A stretch of DNA of 64,000 nucleotides from an uncultured Bacillota bacterium. Lineage in GTDB: Bacteria > Bacillota > Clostridia > Christensenellales > UBA1242. Each line of letters opens with the position of its first letter. Position 1 is the first letter of the stretch. Below are positions 9,071-18,102 of the stretch, piece by piece. The position numbers and the translations under genes are program-made. The notes below the pieces were generated by a model, which did not search any database, was not told the DNA's origin, and saw only the letters and a program-made list of their open reading frames with translations. The DNA lies in the NCBI GenBank assembly GCA_948465545.1, contig CAOJXO010000004.1, positions 1,139-65,138 of the forward strand, in the 5' to 3' direction.

Positions 9071-10156
9071 TTACGCATTTGCAAGTTTCTCTGCCCTATC
9101 CTTTACGATAAGCGCTTCAATAAACTGCTCTATATCACCGTTTAAAACTCCATCAAGATTATAAGATGTTACATTTACCCTATGGTCTGTTACACGACCT
9201 TGTGGATAGTTGTAGGTACGCACACGTTCACTACGGTCGCCAGTGCCGACCTGACTTTTTCTATTTTCCTTATACTCACTATCACGTTGTTGTTTATAGA
9301 AGTCATAAAGTTTTGACCTCAAAATAGACATTGCACGCTCTTTATTTTTTATCTGGCTACGTTCGTCTTGGCAGTTTACAACCATACCTGTAGGAAGGTG
9401 TGTAATTCTTATCGCTGATTCTGTTTTATTGATATGCTGTCCGCCCGCACCAGAGGCACGATATGTATCAATTTGCAAATCCTTATCATCAATCTCAACA
9501 TCAATATCTTCAATTTCAGGAAGCACTGCTACTGTTGCGGTTGATGTATGAATACGCCCCTGTGATTCGGTTTCAGGCACACGTTGCACCCTATGCACCC
9601 CACTTTCATATTTAAGGCGACTATACGCCCCCTTACCTTTCACCATAAAGGTAACTTCTTTAATTCCACCAAGTTCGGTTTCATTCAAATCCATTATTTC
9701 ACTTTTCCAATGTTTGCTTTCAGCATAATATTGATACATTCTCATAAGCACGCTTGCAAACAAGGCAGACTCCTCTCCGCCTGCCGCAGCACGAATTTCA
9801 ATAATAACATTGTTGTCATCATTTTCATCTTTTGGAAGAAGTAGGATTTTTATCTCTTCCACTTTCTCTTCAATTTGAACCTTTAAACTGCCAATTTCTT
9901 CATAAAACATATCACGAAGGTCGGAGTCTTTTTCACTGCTATAATCCTCTTGTGCAGACTTGTAATCTTTAACAAGTCTTTCAAGATTATCATGTGCAGC
10001 AGCAATCTCTTCAAGGTTAGAACGTTCCTTAACCAGACCTTTCCAAAGTTTATTGTCTGAAATTATTTCTGGTTTTGAAATCATCTCTGTAAGTTCTTCA
10101 AAGCGATTCTTAGCCTTTTGCGTTTTAGTTAAAATATCATTTGCTATATTTTCCAT
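9071..10156 (-). CDS. prfA: peptide chain release factor 1
   Basis: GGQ motif (RASGAGGQHINKTESA) and the RF1-type P-x-T tripeptide (VQRVPETESQGRIHTS). Confidence 0.92.
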   Translation of the reverse strand: MENIANDILTKTQKAKNRFEELTEMISKPEIISDNKLWKGLVKERSNLEEIAAAHDNLERLVKDYKSAQEDYSSEKDSDLRDMFYEEIGSLKVQIEEKVEEIKILLLPKDENDDNNVIIEIRAAAGGEESALFASVLMRMYQYYAESKHWKSEIMDLNETELGGIKEVTFMVKGKGAYSRLKYESGVHRVQRVPETESQGRIHTSTATVAVLPEIEDIDVEIDDKDLQIDTYRASGAGGQHINKTESAIRITHLPTGMVVNCQDERSQIKNKERAMSILRSKLYDFYKQQRDSEYKENRKSQVGTGDRSERVRTYNYPQGRVTDHRVNVTSYNLDGVLNGDIEQFIEALIVKDRAEKLANA

Positions 10157-11885
10157 ATACTATCCTTTCTATATTATTATAATCCTTGATTACCCGTGTG
10201 TCAATAAATCCCGCATCTTTTAAAAGTTCCCGCACCGCCTTTGCTTGCCCCTTGCCAACCTCAAAGATTAACTGCCCTTCCTTTTCAAGATGAAGAGGTG
10301 CTTCTTTTACAATTCTTCGATAAAACTCCAGCCCGTCCGCTCCGCCGTCTAATGCAAGTTTAGGGTCATACTTTTTAACCTCTATTGAAAGTTTGGCAAT
10401 CTCCTTAGTTTCAATGTAAGGAGGATTTGACACTATTATATCAAATTTCTTATGTTTTTTAATTCCAGCAAAAATGTCAGATTCAATAAAGTCGATTTTA
10501 ACATCATGTTTTTTTGCATTTTGCTCCGCCACCTGCAACGCTGATTTAGAAACATCTATTGCGGTGATTTTTGCATCACAATTTTTTGCAAGCGACACCG
10601 CTATTGCCCCACTTCCCGTGCAAAGGTCGCAAATGGTTGGATTCTTCATCGGGCTTGCAAGTTTAATCACCTCTTCCACCAAGAGTTCGGTTTCCATACG
10701 TGGAGAGAGCACTTTTTTGTTAACATCGAACCTAAGTCCATAGAAATCCACAAAGCCAAATATATTTGAAAGTGGCTCTCCCTTTGCCCTCCTATCCGTA
10801 GCCCTTAAAATTTCACGTTCTTCCTTTTTTGTAATTGAGCGTATAAGTTTAATCTCCGCCCTGTTCTTGTTAAGCACGGTGGCAATTATCCATTCCAAAT
10901 CACTTTTTTCGTACCTATCTGCACTGATAAGTTTTGTTTGCATTTGTGAGATTACTGCCGACATAGGCACTTTATCATCTTCCACTTTATCAAGCCCCTT
11001 TACATCATTAGAGTTTTCAATAAGTGCAGTGCGAACAATCTCTTCCTCAGTGAGACTTGGCTTTATGGCTACAAGTGGCGAAGTCAGTAAAACGAAATCT
11101 TTTAGCCATTTCGATTTTGTCACAGCAATCGCCCATAAAAGTTCATAACCAACCATAATACAGCCTATCACAATCAAAAAGTTGTAAATTATATTTAGGT
11201 ATACGCTTTCACTTATTGCAACTAATGATACCACAAAAGATGATAACATTAAAGCAAAAACAATAAAATTTAAATAATTTAACGCATAATGATGTGAAGT
11301 TTTGCGAAGTTCAGTGATTTTTTCGTTACAATTTACCACTTGATTGCAAGCACCATTAAGACGATACAACCCTTGCATAAAAGGCATGAAACGTAAAAAA
11401 AGAAAGACAAGATAAACAATTATCATTCTAATCAATCCAACAATAAGCCCTCTTAAATGTATGTCAGAAAACTCATCTACAATATAAAGTGAAAGCCTTG
11501 ATGGCAAAAGGTCAAAAACAAAAAATGAAAATATGAAAGCAAGAATAACGCAGGTAAAAATTTGAATATATTTTGTTGCAATATTAAGTTTGATAGACAT
11601 TTTATCAAAAAAGTTTTTCCCCTTTTCTTTATCCACTTGAAGATTATCACAAAACGTGAACGCCGAAAATTGTGCTATAAGACCAAATATAAAAAACTGT
11701 AAACCTCTTAAAAGAAAGATATTCCAAAAAATTATCTTGTTTTTAGAAGGTTCACTGCCAACCCGCTTATTTCCATGCTTATCCACAATGGCAGAGGTAA
11801 CCTGTCCCTCAAAAAAGGAACTTACGCCATTATAACTAGGAAAAAAATATTTTTTCATAAGGGCATTATGCCCTTTTTTTAGCAT
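10137..11885 (-). CDS. prmC: polytopic membrane domain fused to release-factor glutamine N5-methyltransferase
   Basis: The C-terminal ~280 aa carry LCTGSGAIAV (SAM site) and IVSNPPYIE (NPPY). The N-terminal ~290 aa hold about 6 hydrophobic helices with a DUF1385-like stretch (RLNGACNQVVNCNE). It overlaps the prfA start by 20 nt. Start uncertain (11885 or 11858). Confidence 0.75.
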   Translation of the reverse strand: MLKKGHNALMKKYFFPSYNGVSSFFEGQVTSAIVDKHGNKRVGSEPSKNKIIFWNIFLLRGLQFFIFGLIAQFSAFTFCDNLQVDKEKGKNFFDKMSIKLNIATKYIQIFTCVILAFIFSFFVFDLLPSRLSLYIVDEFSDIHLRGLIVGLIRMIIVYLVFLFLRFMPFMQGLYRLNGACNQVVNCNEKITELRKTSHHYALNYLNFIVFALMLSSFVVSLVAISESVYLNIIYNFLIVIGCIMVGYELLWAIAVTKSKWLKDFVLLTSPLVAIKPSLTEEEIVRTALIENSNDVKGLDKVEDDKVPMSAVISQMQTKLISADRYEKSDLEWIIATVLNKNRAEIKLIRSITKKEEREILRATDRRAKGEPLSNIFGFVDFYGLRFDVNKKVLSPRMETELLVEEVIKLASPMKNPTICDLCTGSGAIAVSLAKNCDAKITAIDVSKSALQVAEQNAKKHDVKIDFIESDIFAGIKKHKKFDIIVSNPPYIETKEIAKLSIEVKKYDPKLALDGGADGLEFYRRIVKEAPLHLEKEGQLIFEVGKGQAKAVRELLKDAGFIDTRVIKDYNNIERIVYGKYSK

Positions 11886-11905
11886 TTTCTTTCAAAATTT
11901 TAGTA

Positions 11906-11934
11906 TTGACATTGTCCTGCTTATGTTTTATAAT
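11906..11934 (+). promoter_or_regulatory. sigma-A type promoter of the ThyX-like gene
   Basis: TTGACA, 17 nt spacer, TATAAT, all consensus. Confidence 0.6.
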
Positions 11935-11960
11935 ATTTTCAACAAACCAAGGAGGGAAAA

Positions 11961-13508
11961 ATGAATATAAAAATCAAAATGCACTCAGAACTTGACTGCC
12001 CATTAAAGCCAGATATGAACCTGATTCAACAAGCGGTAAAAGATATGGTAAATAGCGATAGATTTGATAATCAAAGATTATCTACGCTTTGCTGGCACGC
12101 AGGAACACTTTGCGGTATGCATGACAAACTTGAAACAATCAAAACTGAAATCAAAAATACCACATTGCCAAAAGCAAAACAGGCTTTAATTGAAAGAAAG
12201 AATGCTTTAATTGATGAATTTGATAAAAAACTTGAATGGACTCTTGCTTACATAGTAGACTGCGGGGGTGGAAGTTACTACCACTATAAGTTTGATATGC
12301 ACTTCAATCGCATAGTTGCAGGTCTTATGGGAAGCACTTGCTATATGAAGGAAACCTTTGACGAACTTCAAAACAAAGGCATTGACAATATACTTGCTAT
12401 TGCTAAAACCGTAGAAAAGAACGGACATCACTCTTGCTTCGGACATGCTCACCTTACACTTGAACTTTCTGGCATTCCAAAAGCCCTTGCAATGGTACTC
12501 AACAACGAAAGCGAATATAACACAAGTGAAAAGTCTGCCCGCTACACTGTAATGACAGATATTGACCCAGAAGAAAATGAACTGTTTGAAAAATGGAAAT
12601 CAATTTTATCACAAGAGATTGATGAAAAATATGGTAAATGCCAACCATTCTTTGACGCAAAAGGCATTAAAGTAGGAAAACTTGCACAAGAAAATGCAAG
12701 ATATATGATTTCAGTATTCACCCCTTCTAACATGGTTTACACAACCAGCTTAAGACAACTTAACTATCTTGCAAAGTGGTTTGAAGATGTAATTGCTGAT
12801 GAAAACGCAAACGTTTTCTATCAAGGAATCAAAAACGAAATGCAAGAGTTTGTTGACTTCGTAAAAAATAACAACCTTTATAGCGAAGCCTTAACTGACA
12901 GCAAAGATAGAAAACTTTCTTTGTTTGGCACTGGTATTCTTAAAGAAGTTATTTCAAACCCTGTTTACGCTTTTAAATATAATGCATCATTTGCTTGCCT
13001 TGCTCAACTTCAAAGACATAGAACAATCAACTACAATATAAACGAAGCTGTTTTTATGGACAACTTCTTAAACAATACCGACTGTTACATTCCTCCTATA
13101 CTTAAATCTGATTCACGCTTAACTAGCGCTTGGCGTATTGATATGCTAAAGGTTAAAACCCACCTTCCACAAGGAATGCTTATCCCTATTATAGAAAACG
13201 GACAAATCGAAGATTTCCGCTTAAAAGCAATGGAAAGAAACTGCTCTTGTGCTCAAAAAGAGATTAGAGATTTAACCAAAGCATATTCAGGCAGAATATC
13301 TGGTTCACTTTTCCAAGACTTAATGGAAGTTGATTTAAATCTTAAAAAACACCCTGGTAACCCTGACCTATTAAGTATTAAAGAAAACACTCAGGCACTT
13401 TACGACCAGTTTTCAATACTTAAACAAAGAGCAAGATGTAATGCTGGATACGATTGTAAATCACCTTGCGGATTTAAAGATGGAATTCGTCTTGAAAGTG
13501 AGGTATAA
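11961..13508 (+). CDS. ThyX-family (flavin-dependent thymidylate synthase-like) protein, long divergent form
   Basis: GHHSCFGHAHLTLELSGIPKALAMVLNNESEYNTSEKSARY aligns by eye to ThyX H..P.EH...RHR..S....S.RY, with RHR replaced by NNE. A second helix, CLAQLQRHRTINYN, keeps RHR. SCAQKEIRDL matches the ThyX HAQ.EIR motif. At 515 aa it is about twice the usual ThyX length. Confidence 0.5.
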   Translation: MNIKIKMHSELDCPLKPDMNLIQQAVKDMVNSDRFDNQRLSTLCWHAGTLCGMHDKLETIKTEIKNTTLPKAKQALIERKNALIDEFDKKLEWTLAYIVDCGGGSYYHYKFDMHFNRIVAGLMGSTCYMKETFDELQNKGIDNILAIAKTVEKNGHHSCFGHAHLTLELSGIPKALAMVLNNESEYNTSEKSARYTVMTDIDPEENELFEKWKSILSQEIDEKYGKCQPFFDAKGIKVGKLAQENARYMISVFTPSNMVYTTSLRQLNYLAKWFEDVIADENANVFYQGIKNEMQEFVDFVKNNNLYSEALTDSKDRKLSLFGTGILKEVISNPVYAFKYNASFACLAQLQRHRTINYNINEAVFMDNFLNNTDCYIPPILKSDSRLTSAWRIDMLKVKTHLPQGMLIPIIENGQIEDFRLKAMERNCSCAQKEIRDLTKAYSGRISGSLFQDLMEVDLNLKKHPGNPDLLSIKENTQALYDQFSILKQRARCNAGYDCKSPCGFKDGIRLESEV

Positions 13509-13520
13509 AAAATTAAACAC

Positions 13521-13552
13521 AAAAAAATCACGCAATTTGCGTGATTTTTTTT
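13521..13552. terminator. bidirectional terminator
   Basis: A7-ATCACGCA-ATT-TGCGTGAT-T8 between the convergent ThyX-like gene and rpmE. Confidence 0.8.
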
Positions 13553-13553
13553 A

Positions 13554-13757
13554 TTATACGTTATATTTTTTCTTAAATTTCTCAACATTACCGCTGGCAT
13601 CAACAACCTTCTTCTTTCCTGTGAAGAATGGGTGGCACTTATTGCAAATATCAATGCTAAGTGTTTCGCCTTTAACATTTGCCTTTGTTTTAAAAGTGTT
13701 TCCACAAGCACAAACTACGGTAACTTCATGATAATCTGGATGAATGTCCTTTTTCAT
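13554..13757 (-). CDS. rpmE: 50S ribosomal protein L31 (Zn-ribbon type)
   Basis: [22 protein letters not shown]...[11 protein letters not shown]. Confidence 0.92.
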   Translation of the reverse strand: MKKDIHPDYHEVTVVCACGNTFKTKANVKGETLSIDICNKCHPFFTGKKKVVDASGNVEKFKKKYNV

Positions 13758-13778
13758 AATTTTTACCCCTTTTATTTA

Positions 13779-14039
13779 TTAATCTCCAACATATGGAAGA
13801 AGTGCAACGTTTCTTGCTCTCTTAATAGCGGTTGTGAGTTCTCTTTGATGTATTGCACATACTCCTGTTTGACGTCTTGGAAGAATCTTACCCTTTTCAG
13901 TGATATACTTCTTGATTTTAGCAACGTCTTTATAGTCAATAGACTTTTCGCCAGCCACACAGAAAGCACATACTTTCTTCTTTGCAGGCTTACGGAATTT
14001 CTTTACTGGTCTTTCCTCAGTCTTAACTGCTTCGCTCAT
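13779..14039 (-). CDS. rpsR: 30S ribosomal protein S18
   Basis: ...[71 protein letters not shown] precedes the ATG at 14039; the track start 14081 looks like an extension. Confidence 0.9.
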   Translation of the reverse strand: MSEAVKTEERPVKKFRKPAKKKVCAFCVAGEKSIDYKDVAKIKKYITEKGKILPRRQTGVCAIHQRELTTAIKRARNVALLPYVGD

Positions 14040-14101
14040 AATAATCTCCTTTTTAGATTTTTGTTTTAATTTTCGCACCATTTAGAAAGTGCCTTAGGCA
14101 C

Positions 14102-14515
14102 TTAGAATGGTAAACTATCATCATCAATAGGTTCAAGTTCGGTTGTTTCTACCTTAGGTGCATTTGCAGGTCTTGCAGGAGCGTCGCTTCCGTCAGAATT
14201 ACGTGTACCTAAAAATTCAACATCATCAGCAACAACATCGGTAACAGTTCTCTTAGTACCATCTTGTGCTTCATAAGTAGAGTTTTGCAATCTTCCGATT
14301 ACCGCACATTTTGAACCTTTCTTTAAAAATTTGTGGCAGTTTTCACCTTTGGCACGCCATACAACAATATTGAAGAAATCAACATCACGTTCTCCCTCAT
14401 TGTTTTGGAAGTTTCTTTGTACCGCGATACCAAATCTGCAAACACTAACACCACTGTTTGTAGTTGATAGTTCTGGGTCACGGGTTAAGTTCCCGATTAA
14501 AATAACTTTATTCAT
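14102..14515 (-). CDS. ssb: single-stranded DNA-binding protein
   Basis: MNKVILIGNLTRDPEL OB-fold N-terminus and acidic tail ...DDDSLPF. Confidence 0.92.
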   Translation of the reverse strand: MNKVILIGNLTRDPELSTTNSGVSVCRFGIAVQRNFQNNEGERDVDFFNIVVWRAKGENCHKFLKKGSKCAVIGRLQNSTYEAQDGTKRTVTDVVADDVEFLGTRNSDGSDAPARPANAPKVETTELEPIDDDSLPF

Positions 14516-14526
14516 ATATTTTCTCC

Positions 14527-14808
14527 TTATTTTCTTACGAACATTTGTCTAATAACGCCTTCAGTGATGTTCATAAGTTTTGCCATTGCGTCAACTTCTT
14601 CTGCTGAAAGAGTTAAGTTCATAAGAACATAGAATCCTTCATTTTTGAAGTTGATTGGATAAGCAAGTTTTCTCATTCCCCACTTATCAATTCCGTCAAC
14701 AACGCCACCCTTAGATTCAACGTAAGAAGAGAACTTTTTAATAAGTTCTTCACGTTTTTCCTCAGCGACATCGCTGGAAATGATATAAAGAAGTTCATAC
14801 TTATTCAT
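14527..14808 (-). CDS. rpsF: 30S ribosomal protein S6
   Basis: MNKYELLYIISSD...KWGMRKLAYPI; first gene of the rpsF-ssb-rpsR operon. Confidence 0.92.
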   Translation of the reverse strand: MNKYELLYIISSDVAEEKREELIKKFSSYVESKGGVVDGIDKWGMRKLAYPINFKNEGFYVLMNLTLSAEEVDAMAKLMNITEGVIRQMFVRK

Positions 14809-14873
14809 ACATTTACCTCCTTTTGGACTAATTGGCCCTTCTTCCGAAAGGCAAGGACAGTATTTTTACTGCG
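14809..14873 (-). promoter_or_regulatory. rpsF 5' leader with hairpin (possible S6:S18 autoregulatory leader)
   Basis: About 65-nt leader between the consensus promoter and the RBS. It contains the interrupted hairpin CCTTGCC-TTTC-GGAAGAAGG. Assignment to the published rpsF-leader motif is a guess from context. Confidence 0.3.
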
Positions 14874-14879
14874 ACTTTG

Positions 14880-14908
14880 ATTATATATTATATAAATAGC
14901 ATTGTCAA
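14880..14908 (-). promoter_or_regulatory. sigma-A type promoter of rpsF operon
   Basis: Minus strand reads TTGACA, 17 nt spacer, TATAAT, a perfect consensus. Confidence 0.65.
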
Positions 14909-14951
14909 GTAAAAAAACAAAAAGAGCCAAATTTTTGACTCTTTTCAAAAA

Positions 14952-15155
14952 TCAATCTTCCAATCCTAACAAATAATCTGCACTTACTTGAAAGTAAATT
15001 GCAATGTTTTTTAATATTAGGCAACTAGGACTCATTTTATCAGTTTCGTATTTTGCTATTGTGGATTTATCAAGATGTAGTTCTTTCGCAAGTTGTGCTT
15101 GCGTTAAACCTTTTTCTAATCTTAAATCTTTTAATATTCTTCCAAATGTATACAT
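14952..15155 (-). CDS. XRE-family helix-turn-helix protein (67 aa)
   Basis: MYTFGRILKDLRLEKGLTQAQLAKELHLDKSTIAKYETDK, a classic HTH_3. I use the ATG at 15155; the track start 15203 would overlap secA. It begins 13 nt after the secA stop. Confidence 0.8.
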   Translation of the reverse strand: MYTFGRILKDLRLEKGLTQAQLAKELHLDKSTIAKYETDKMSPSCLILKNIAIYFQVSADYLLGLED

Positions 15156-15168
15156 AATAATTGCCTTT

Positions 15169-17883
15169 TTACTTTCCACAACATTGTTTATATTTCTTTC
15201 CACTTCCGCAAGGACATAAGTCGTTACGCCCTACTTTCGCTTCGGTATTAACTACCGTTTTTTGCACTTGTGGCTTTTTACGTTGTTTTGCACGCTCTTC
15301 TGGCGACAGTTCCTTTCCAGTAATTACCACCTTAAATTGTGGCTGCTCTGGTTGTGGCTCTGGTGCACGCTCAAGATGGTTGTTAAGAAGAATGTAGCAA
15401 GTCATCTCTTTAATTTGGTCAATCATTTTATCAAACATCTCAAAGCCGTCTTTCTTATATGCAAGCACTGGGTCTTGGTTACCAAATCCACGGGAGAAGA
15501 TTTCGTTCTTCATAATCTGCATATCTTCAATATGATTCATCCAGTTAACATCAACCATACGCAAAAGAACAAGTCTTTCAAGCCTGCCAAAGTCAAAATC
15601 AAGGTCTTTGGCTTCTTTTTCACGATCTTTATATCTTTTCTCTACAAGTTTGAGTACTTTTTCTTCAATATCTTTTACATCACAACCTTCAACAAACTCT
15701 TCTGTAATAAGATTGCTTCCACGCTCTAAAAGCCCTTTTTCAAGTTCGGATTGAAGTTTTGCAATATCCCATTCATAGTAAGGTTTATCATCGCTAATCG
15801 CTTTTCCAACCACCCTTGAAATGAGTTCTGGGAACATCCCCATAATTTGGTCATGCACAGGTGCACCATCAAGCACGCTGTTACGTTGATCGTAGATAAT
15901 CTCTCTTTGCTTATTAAGCACATCATCAAAACGAAGAACCGTTTTACGTTGACTAAAGTTTTGAAGTTCGATTTTGCGTTGAGCCCCTTCAATCTGCCTT
16001 GCCAGCATTTTAAGTTGGATAGGAGTTGAATCGTCAAGTTTAAACATAGTTGCCATACGCTTCATTCTATCTCCACCAAAACGACGGATAAGGTCGTCTT
16101 CAAGTGAAAGGAAGAATACACTTGAACCTGGATCGCCTTGACGGCCAGCACGACCACGCAACTGGTTATCAATACGTCTTGATTCGTGACGCTCTGTACC
16201 TACAATGTGAAGTCCGCCAAGGGCAATAACTTCCGCTTTTTCTTTATCAGTAACCGACTTATACTGCTTATATAATTCGGTGTAACGCTCACGTGCCTTA
16301 TTCAATTTTTCATCATCAACAGTATTGAACGCAGTAGCATAAGAAATTTCCTCATCGGTAAAGTTTTCCTCTTTCATACGCTTCTTTGCCATAAATTCAG
16401 CGTTTCCACCTAAAAGAATGTCTGTACCACGACCAGCCATGTTGGTTGCAATAGTTACAGCCCCCTTTCTACCTGCCTGAGCAACAATATCACTTTCCAT
16501 TTCGTTGTTCTTTGCATTAAGCACAGTATGCTTAATTTTTGCATGTTTAAGTGCCTTGGAAAGAAGTTCACTTTTATCAATATTGATTGTACCAATAAGT
16601 ACTGGTTGTCCGCTTTCACTGCACGCCTTGATTTCCTCAATTATTGCTTCAATCTTACCCTGCTCGGTAACATAAACAATATCTGGCTCGTCACGTCTTT
16701 GATTTGGTCTGTTTGATGGGATGGTAACAACATCAAGGTTGTAGATTGTTCTAAATTCACCCTCTTCTGTCTTGGCAGTACCAGTCATACCAGAAAGTTT
16801 TTTATACAAGCGGAAGTAGTTTTGGAAGGTAATTGTTGCAAGAGTTTGGTTTTCATCTTTGATTTGCACCCCCTCTTTCGCCTCAATCGCTTGATGAAGT
16901 CCTGCACTGAATCTTCGCCCTGGTGTAAGACGACCAGTAAACTCATCAACAATGATAATCTCTCCATTCTTAACAATATAGTTTTCGTCACGATGCATTG
17001 TATAATTTGCTTTGAGTGCATTGTTGATATAGTGGTTAAGTTCGATATTATCAATATCTGAAAGGCTTTCCACCTTAAAGAATTTTTCTGCCTTTTCAAT
17101 ACCGCTTTCAGTAAGGTTCATCGCCTTAGTTTTTTCATCAATTTCAACATCTTCGTCTTTCTTTAATGTCTTAACAAACTTTTCCGCATTTATATATCCT
17201 TCGCTAGATTTGTTGCCACGGCCACTTATGATAAGCGGAGTCCTTGCCTCATCAATAAGAATACTATCCACCTCATCAACAATAGCAAAGTTAAGCCCAC
17301 GTTGAACACGTTGCCCCGCTTGTGCCGCCATATTATCACGAAGATAATCAAAGCCAAGTTCATTATTAGTACAATAGGTAACATCAGCGTCATATGCTTT
17401 TTTCTTTTGGTCTGGTTTTTGGCCGTTTAAAGTAACCCCCACATTAAGCCCCAAAAATCTAAACACCTTACCCATCCACTCAGCGTCACGCTTTGCAAGG
17501 TATTCGTTGACAGTAACAACATGCACGCCATTTCCAGTCAAAGCATTAAGGTAGGCTGGCAAAGTTGCCATAAGGGTTTTACCTTCACCAGTTGCCATCT
17601 CTGCAATACGTCCTTGATGAAGTGCAATACCACCCAAAATTTGCACATAAAAGTGCCTCATGTTAAGCACTCTTGAAGAAGCCTCTCTCATAACAGCAAA
17701 AGCCTCAGGAAGCAAATCGTTTAAACTTTCCCCCACTTTAATCCTATCTTTAAATTCTTGGGTACATGCTTGCAGTTGCTCGTTTGAATACTCTTTATAT
17801 TTATCCTCAAGAGCAATCACTTTATCTGCAATTTTCTTCAACTTTTTTACCTGTGTTTTGTTTTCATTTCCAAATAATCCCAT
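15169..17883 (-). CDS. secA: preprotein translocase ATPase SecA
   Basis: MGLFGNE...KKLKKIADKV..., the MATGEGKTL Walker A, DEVDSILIDEARTPLIISG and the C-terminal Zn tail CPCGSGKKYKQCCGK. AGGAGA RBS precedes the ATG at 17883 (the track start 17937 is an extension). Confidence 0.95.
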   Translation of the reverse strand: MGLFGNENKTQVKKLKKIADKVIALEDKYKEYSNEQLQACTQEFKDRIKVGESLNDLLPEAFAVMREASSRVLNMRHFYVQILGGIALHQGRIAEMATGEGKTLMATLPAYLNALTGNGVHVVTVNEYLAKRDAEWMGKVFRFLGLNVGVTLNGQKPDQKKKAYDADVTYCTNNELGFDYLRDNMAAQAGQRVQRGLNFAIVDEVDSILIDEARTPLIISGRGNKSSEGYINAEKFVKTLKKDEDVEIDEKTKAMNLTESGIEKAEKFFKVESLSDIDNIELNHYINNALKANYTMHRDENYIVKNGEIIIVDEFTGRLTPGRRFSAGLHQAIEAKEGVQIKDENQTLATITFQNYFRLYKKLSGMTGTAKTEEGEFRTIYNLDVVTIPSNRPNQRRDEPDIVYVTEQGKIEAIIEEIKACSESGQPVLIGTINIDKSELLSKALKHAKIKHTVLNAKNNEMESDIVAQAGRKGAVTIATNMAGRGTDILLGGNAEFMAKKRMKEENFTDEEISYATAFNTVDDEKLNKARERYTELYKQYKSVTDKEKAEVIALGGLHIVGTERHESRRIDNQLRGRAGRQGDPGSSVFFLSLEDDLIRRFGGDRMKRMATMFKLDDSTPIQLKMLARQIEGAQRKIELQNFSQRKTVLRFDDVLNKQREIIYDQRNSVLDGAPVHDQIMGMFPELISRVVGKAISDDKPYYEWDIAKLQSELEKGLLERGSNLITEEFVEGCDVKDIEEKVLKLVEKRYKDREKEAKDLDFDFGRLERLVLLRMVDVNWMNHIEDMQIMKNEIFSRGFGNQDPVLAYKKDGFEMFDKMIDQIKEMTCYILLNNHLERAPEPQPEQPQFKVVITGKELSPEERAKQRKKPQVQKTVVNTEAKVGRNDLCPCGSGKKYKQCCGK

Positions 17884-18041
17884 TTCATCTCCTAATCTTT
17901 TCCATGATATTTTAGCAAAAATCAAATAAAAATTCAACCTTTTTGCTTGTTCTGAATATAATATTTAATATTTTTACCAAAAAGGATTGACAAATATCAA
18001 CAAATAATTATTTTTAAGATAAATTTGTTAATTTTGGGGTA

Positions 18042-18070
18042 TTGACTTTAAGGGTAAAACAAAGTATAAT
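18042..18070 (+). promoter_or_regulatory. sigma-A type promoter of the 563-aa orphan gene
   Basis: TTGACT, 17 nt spacer, TATAAT. Confidence 0.6.
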
Positions 18071-18102
18071 TGGCTTATCAAAAATAAAAGGTGGGATTAT
18101 TT

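Noticed and set aside
11859-11880. Terminator-like hairpin (GGGCAT-TA-TGCCC plus T7) at the 5' end of prmC
   Set aside because: No plus-strand gene ends here. It probably reflects start-codon ambiguity or antisense insulation from the divergent promoter, so it is not reported as a feature.
13632-14069. 145-aa plus-strand ORF over rpmE and rpsR
   Set aside because: It is antisense to two unmistakable ribosomal protein genes.
15156-15203. N-terminal extensions suggested by the ORF track (xre 15203, secA 17937, hup 2247, rpsR 14081, GtrA 31613, hisS 39413, helD 36891, 3839, 43901, uvrC 40801)
   Set aside because: In each case an internal ATG with a proper Shine-Dalgarno at 6-9 nt gives the conserved N-terminus. 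The extension would run through promoters or neighbouring genes.
17884-18102. Minus-to-plus strand switch between secA and the orphan genes as a possible replication origin
   Set aside because: No DnaA boxes are seen. The gap contains only divergent promoters.
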